From positions 434,001-498,000 of the forward strand of contig CP060766.1 of assembly GCA_023205875.1 (NCBI GenBank): a stretch of 64,000 nt of DNA, in the 5' to 3' direction. The stretch is from Chloropicon primus (lineage: Eukaryota). The position numbers were made by a program, and so were the translations under genes. Shown here piece after piece: positions 62,838 to 64,000 of the stretch. Under the pieces are notes generated by a model. It was not told the DNA's origin. It did not search any database and saw nothing but the letters and a program-made list of their open reading frames with translations. Numbering within the stretch: position 1 is the first letter of the stretch; every line of letters starts with the position of its first letter.

Positions 62838-64000
62838 GTAGTGCGGTCGCTCGAGTGCCACGTCGACTGCCCCGTCACCGAGCCACCGATGCCACTCATC
62901 CCACGGATGGATGAGATCGGCTCCTTATCCAAAAAAATAAAAATACCTGGCCGGCAATGAAAGGGGGGAAGGGGAACCGAAGACCAAAGAAGGGTGGGGG
63001 GACCGCTTCCTTTGGCCGGGGGGGGGGGGTCATCGTTACCTGGTCGGTCACCTTCACTCGTTTTTTTCTTTCTTTTCCCCTTTCCCCTTTCCTTTTCATC
63101 GGAAGAGATCCATCCCATCTTTTGGTCTGATCCTATCCTATCCTATCCTATCCTATCCTTTTCGTTTACTTGTGGCCTCCGCAAGGACTTTGGGGGAGAG
63201 GGGATTGGGCAGGAGAGCTTCTTTCCGTGCTCTGTCTCCCTTTCCTCCTTCCACCTTCGCTGGGGCTCGTCTCCACTCGGTGGACCACGTAACGGGTGGG
63301 AAGGATTCTGGCTCTGTCGTGCACACCGCTGATCAATTCAAGGCGCTGCCTTGGGACCGCTCGTTTCCATGGGCTCCAATGCCGCGCGCAGACCTACGAA
63401 GAAGATCTTCTCTCTCTCTCTCTCTCCCTTCCTCCCTCCCTCTCTCTCTTTGCGCGCGGGTGGGTCCGCTCACATTGGGGTGTCCCGGCAACATGCAAAT
63501 GCCCCTTCCCCCGTCCCCCTCCTCCTCCGTCATGCACAACAAACCCGAAGGCCCACTGCGCTCATGCATTCCCTCCCTCCGCTCTCTCCCTCCCTCCCTC
63601 TCCCTCCCTCCCTCTCCCTCCCTCCCCTCTCCCTCCCTCCCTCTCATCCATCCATCCCATCCACCTCTCTCTCCTCTGCCTCTTCAACTCTTCATCTTCA
63701 TCTCTCGATCGATCGCTCGATCGCTCGATTGATGATGCTCCTCCCGACCAAGGAGCAGGCGAGAATGTGGAGGCAAACGCCGAGAGTCTCGACCTCGTGC
63801 CTCCGCACTGCCCACCGAAGCATCGCCACCACCACCACCGCCGCCGCGAAGCATCATCAACATCAACAACACCATCATCACCACCACCACCATCTTCATC
63901 GAAGCAGCAAGGCAACGTCTTGCTGGCGGCGGTCGTCGACGTCGTGGAGGTCGAGATCGTCCCTCGTGGCGTGCTCCTCGTCCTCGTCCTCCGCTTCGAC

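Noticed and set aside
63562..64000. Minus-strand ORF ends entering from the right edge
   Set aside because: Several frames are open in low-complexity sequence; the coding frame cannot be chosen from this window.

Overview
Gene-dense, GC-rich eukaryotic nuclear DNA. It has short GT-AG introns with CTGAC/CTAAC branch points, many CT/TCG microsatellites and several proteins with plastid- or mitochondrion-type N-termini. This fits a compact green-algal genome (Chloropicon-like; inference only). About 38 protein-coding genes are supportable, mostly housekeeping: plastid G6PD, a U32/RlhA-type hydroxylase, TBC Rab-GAP, M14 carboxypeptidase, CAF1, Myb, GPN1, NOPCHAP1-like, BART, mitochondrial TatB, TMEM184, bile-acid:Na symporter, SMC5, nodulin-like MFS, proline dehydrogenase, BEACH, RPS29, RPS25, RMND1-like, TFIIE-beta, WD40, Rab, RNase II and a GBF-like bZIP. 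Several multi-exon genes were assembled by hand because the ORF track misses them. No rRNA, tRNA, CRISPR or transposase was recognised. Most notable observations: (1) a ~10 kb island (18.8-28.9 kb) of recently duplicated, unrecognised secreted Ala/Ser/Gly-rich proteins sharing a C-x4-C motif, mostly aromatic C-termini and processing sites, four of them behind the same promoter; (2) five independent intergenic duplications whose unit lengths all fall at ~167-183 bp (nucleosome-sized); (3) a ProDH upstream region with triple ACTCAT/AP-1-like sites plus a G-box; (4) a head-to-head pair of bacterial-like secreted propeller proteins next to a bacterial-like metallo-beta-lactamase-fold gene, whose upstream region is copied, inverted, 23 kb away. 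All family calls come from motif recognition by eye; no database searches were run.
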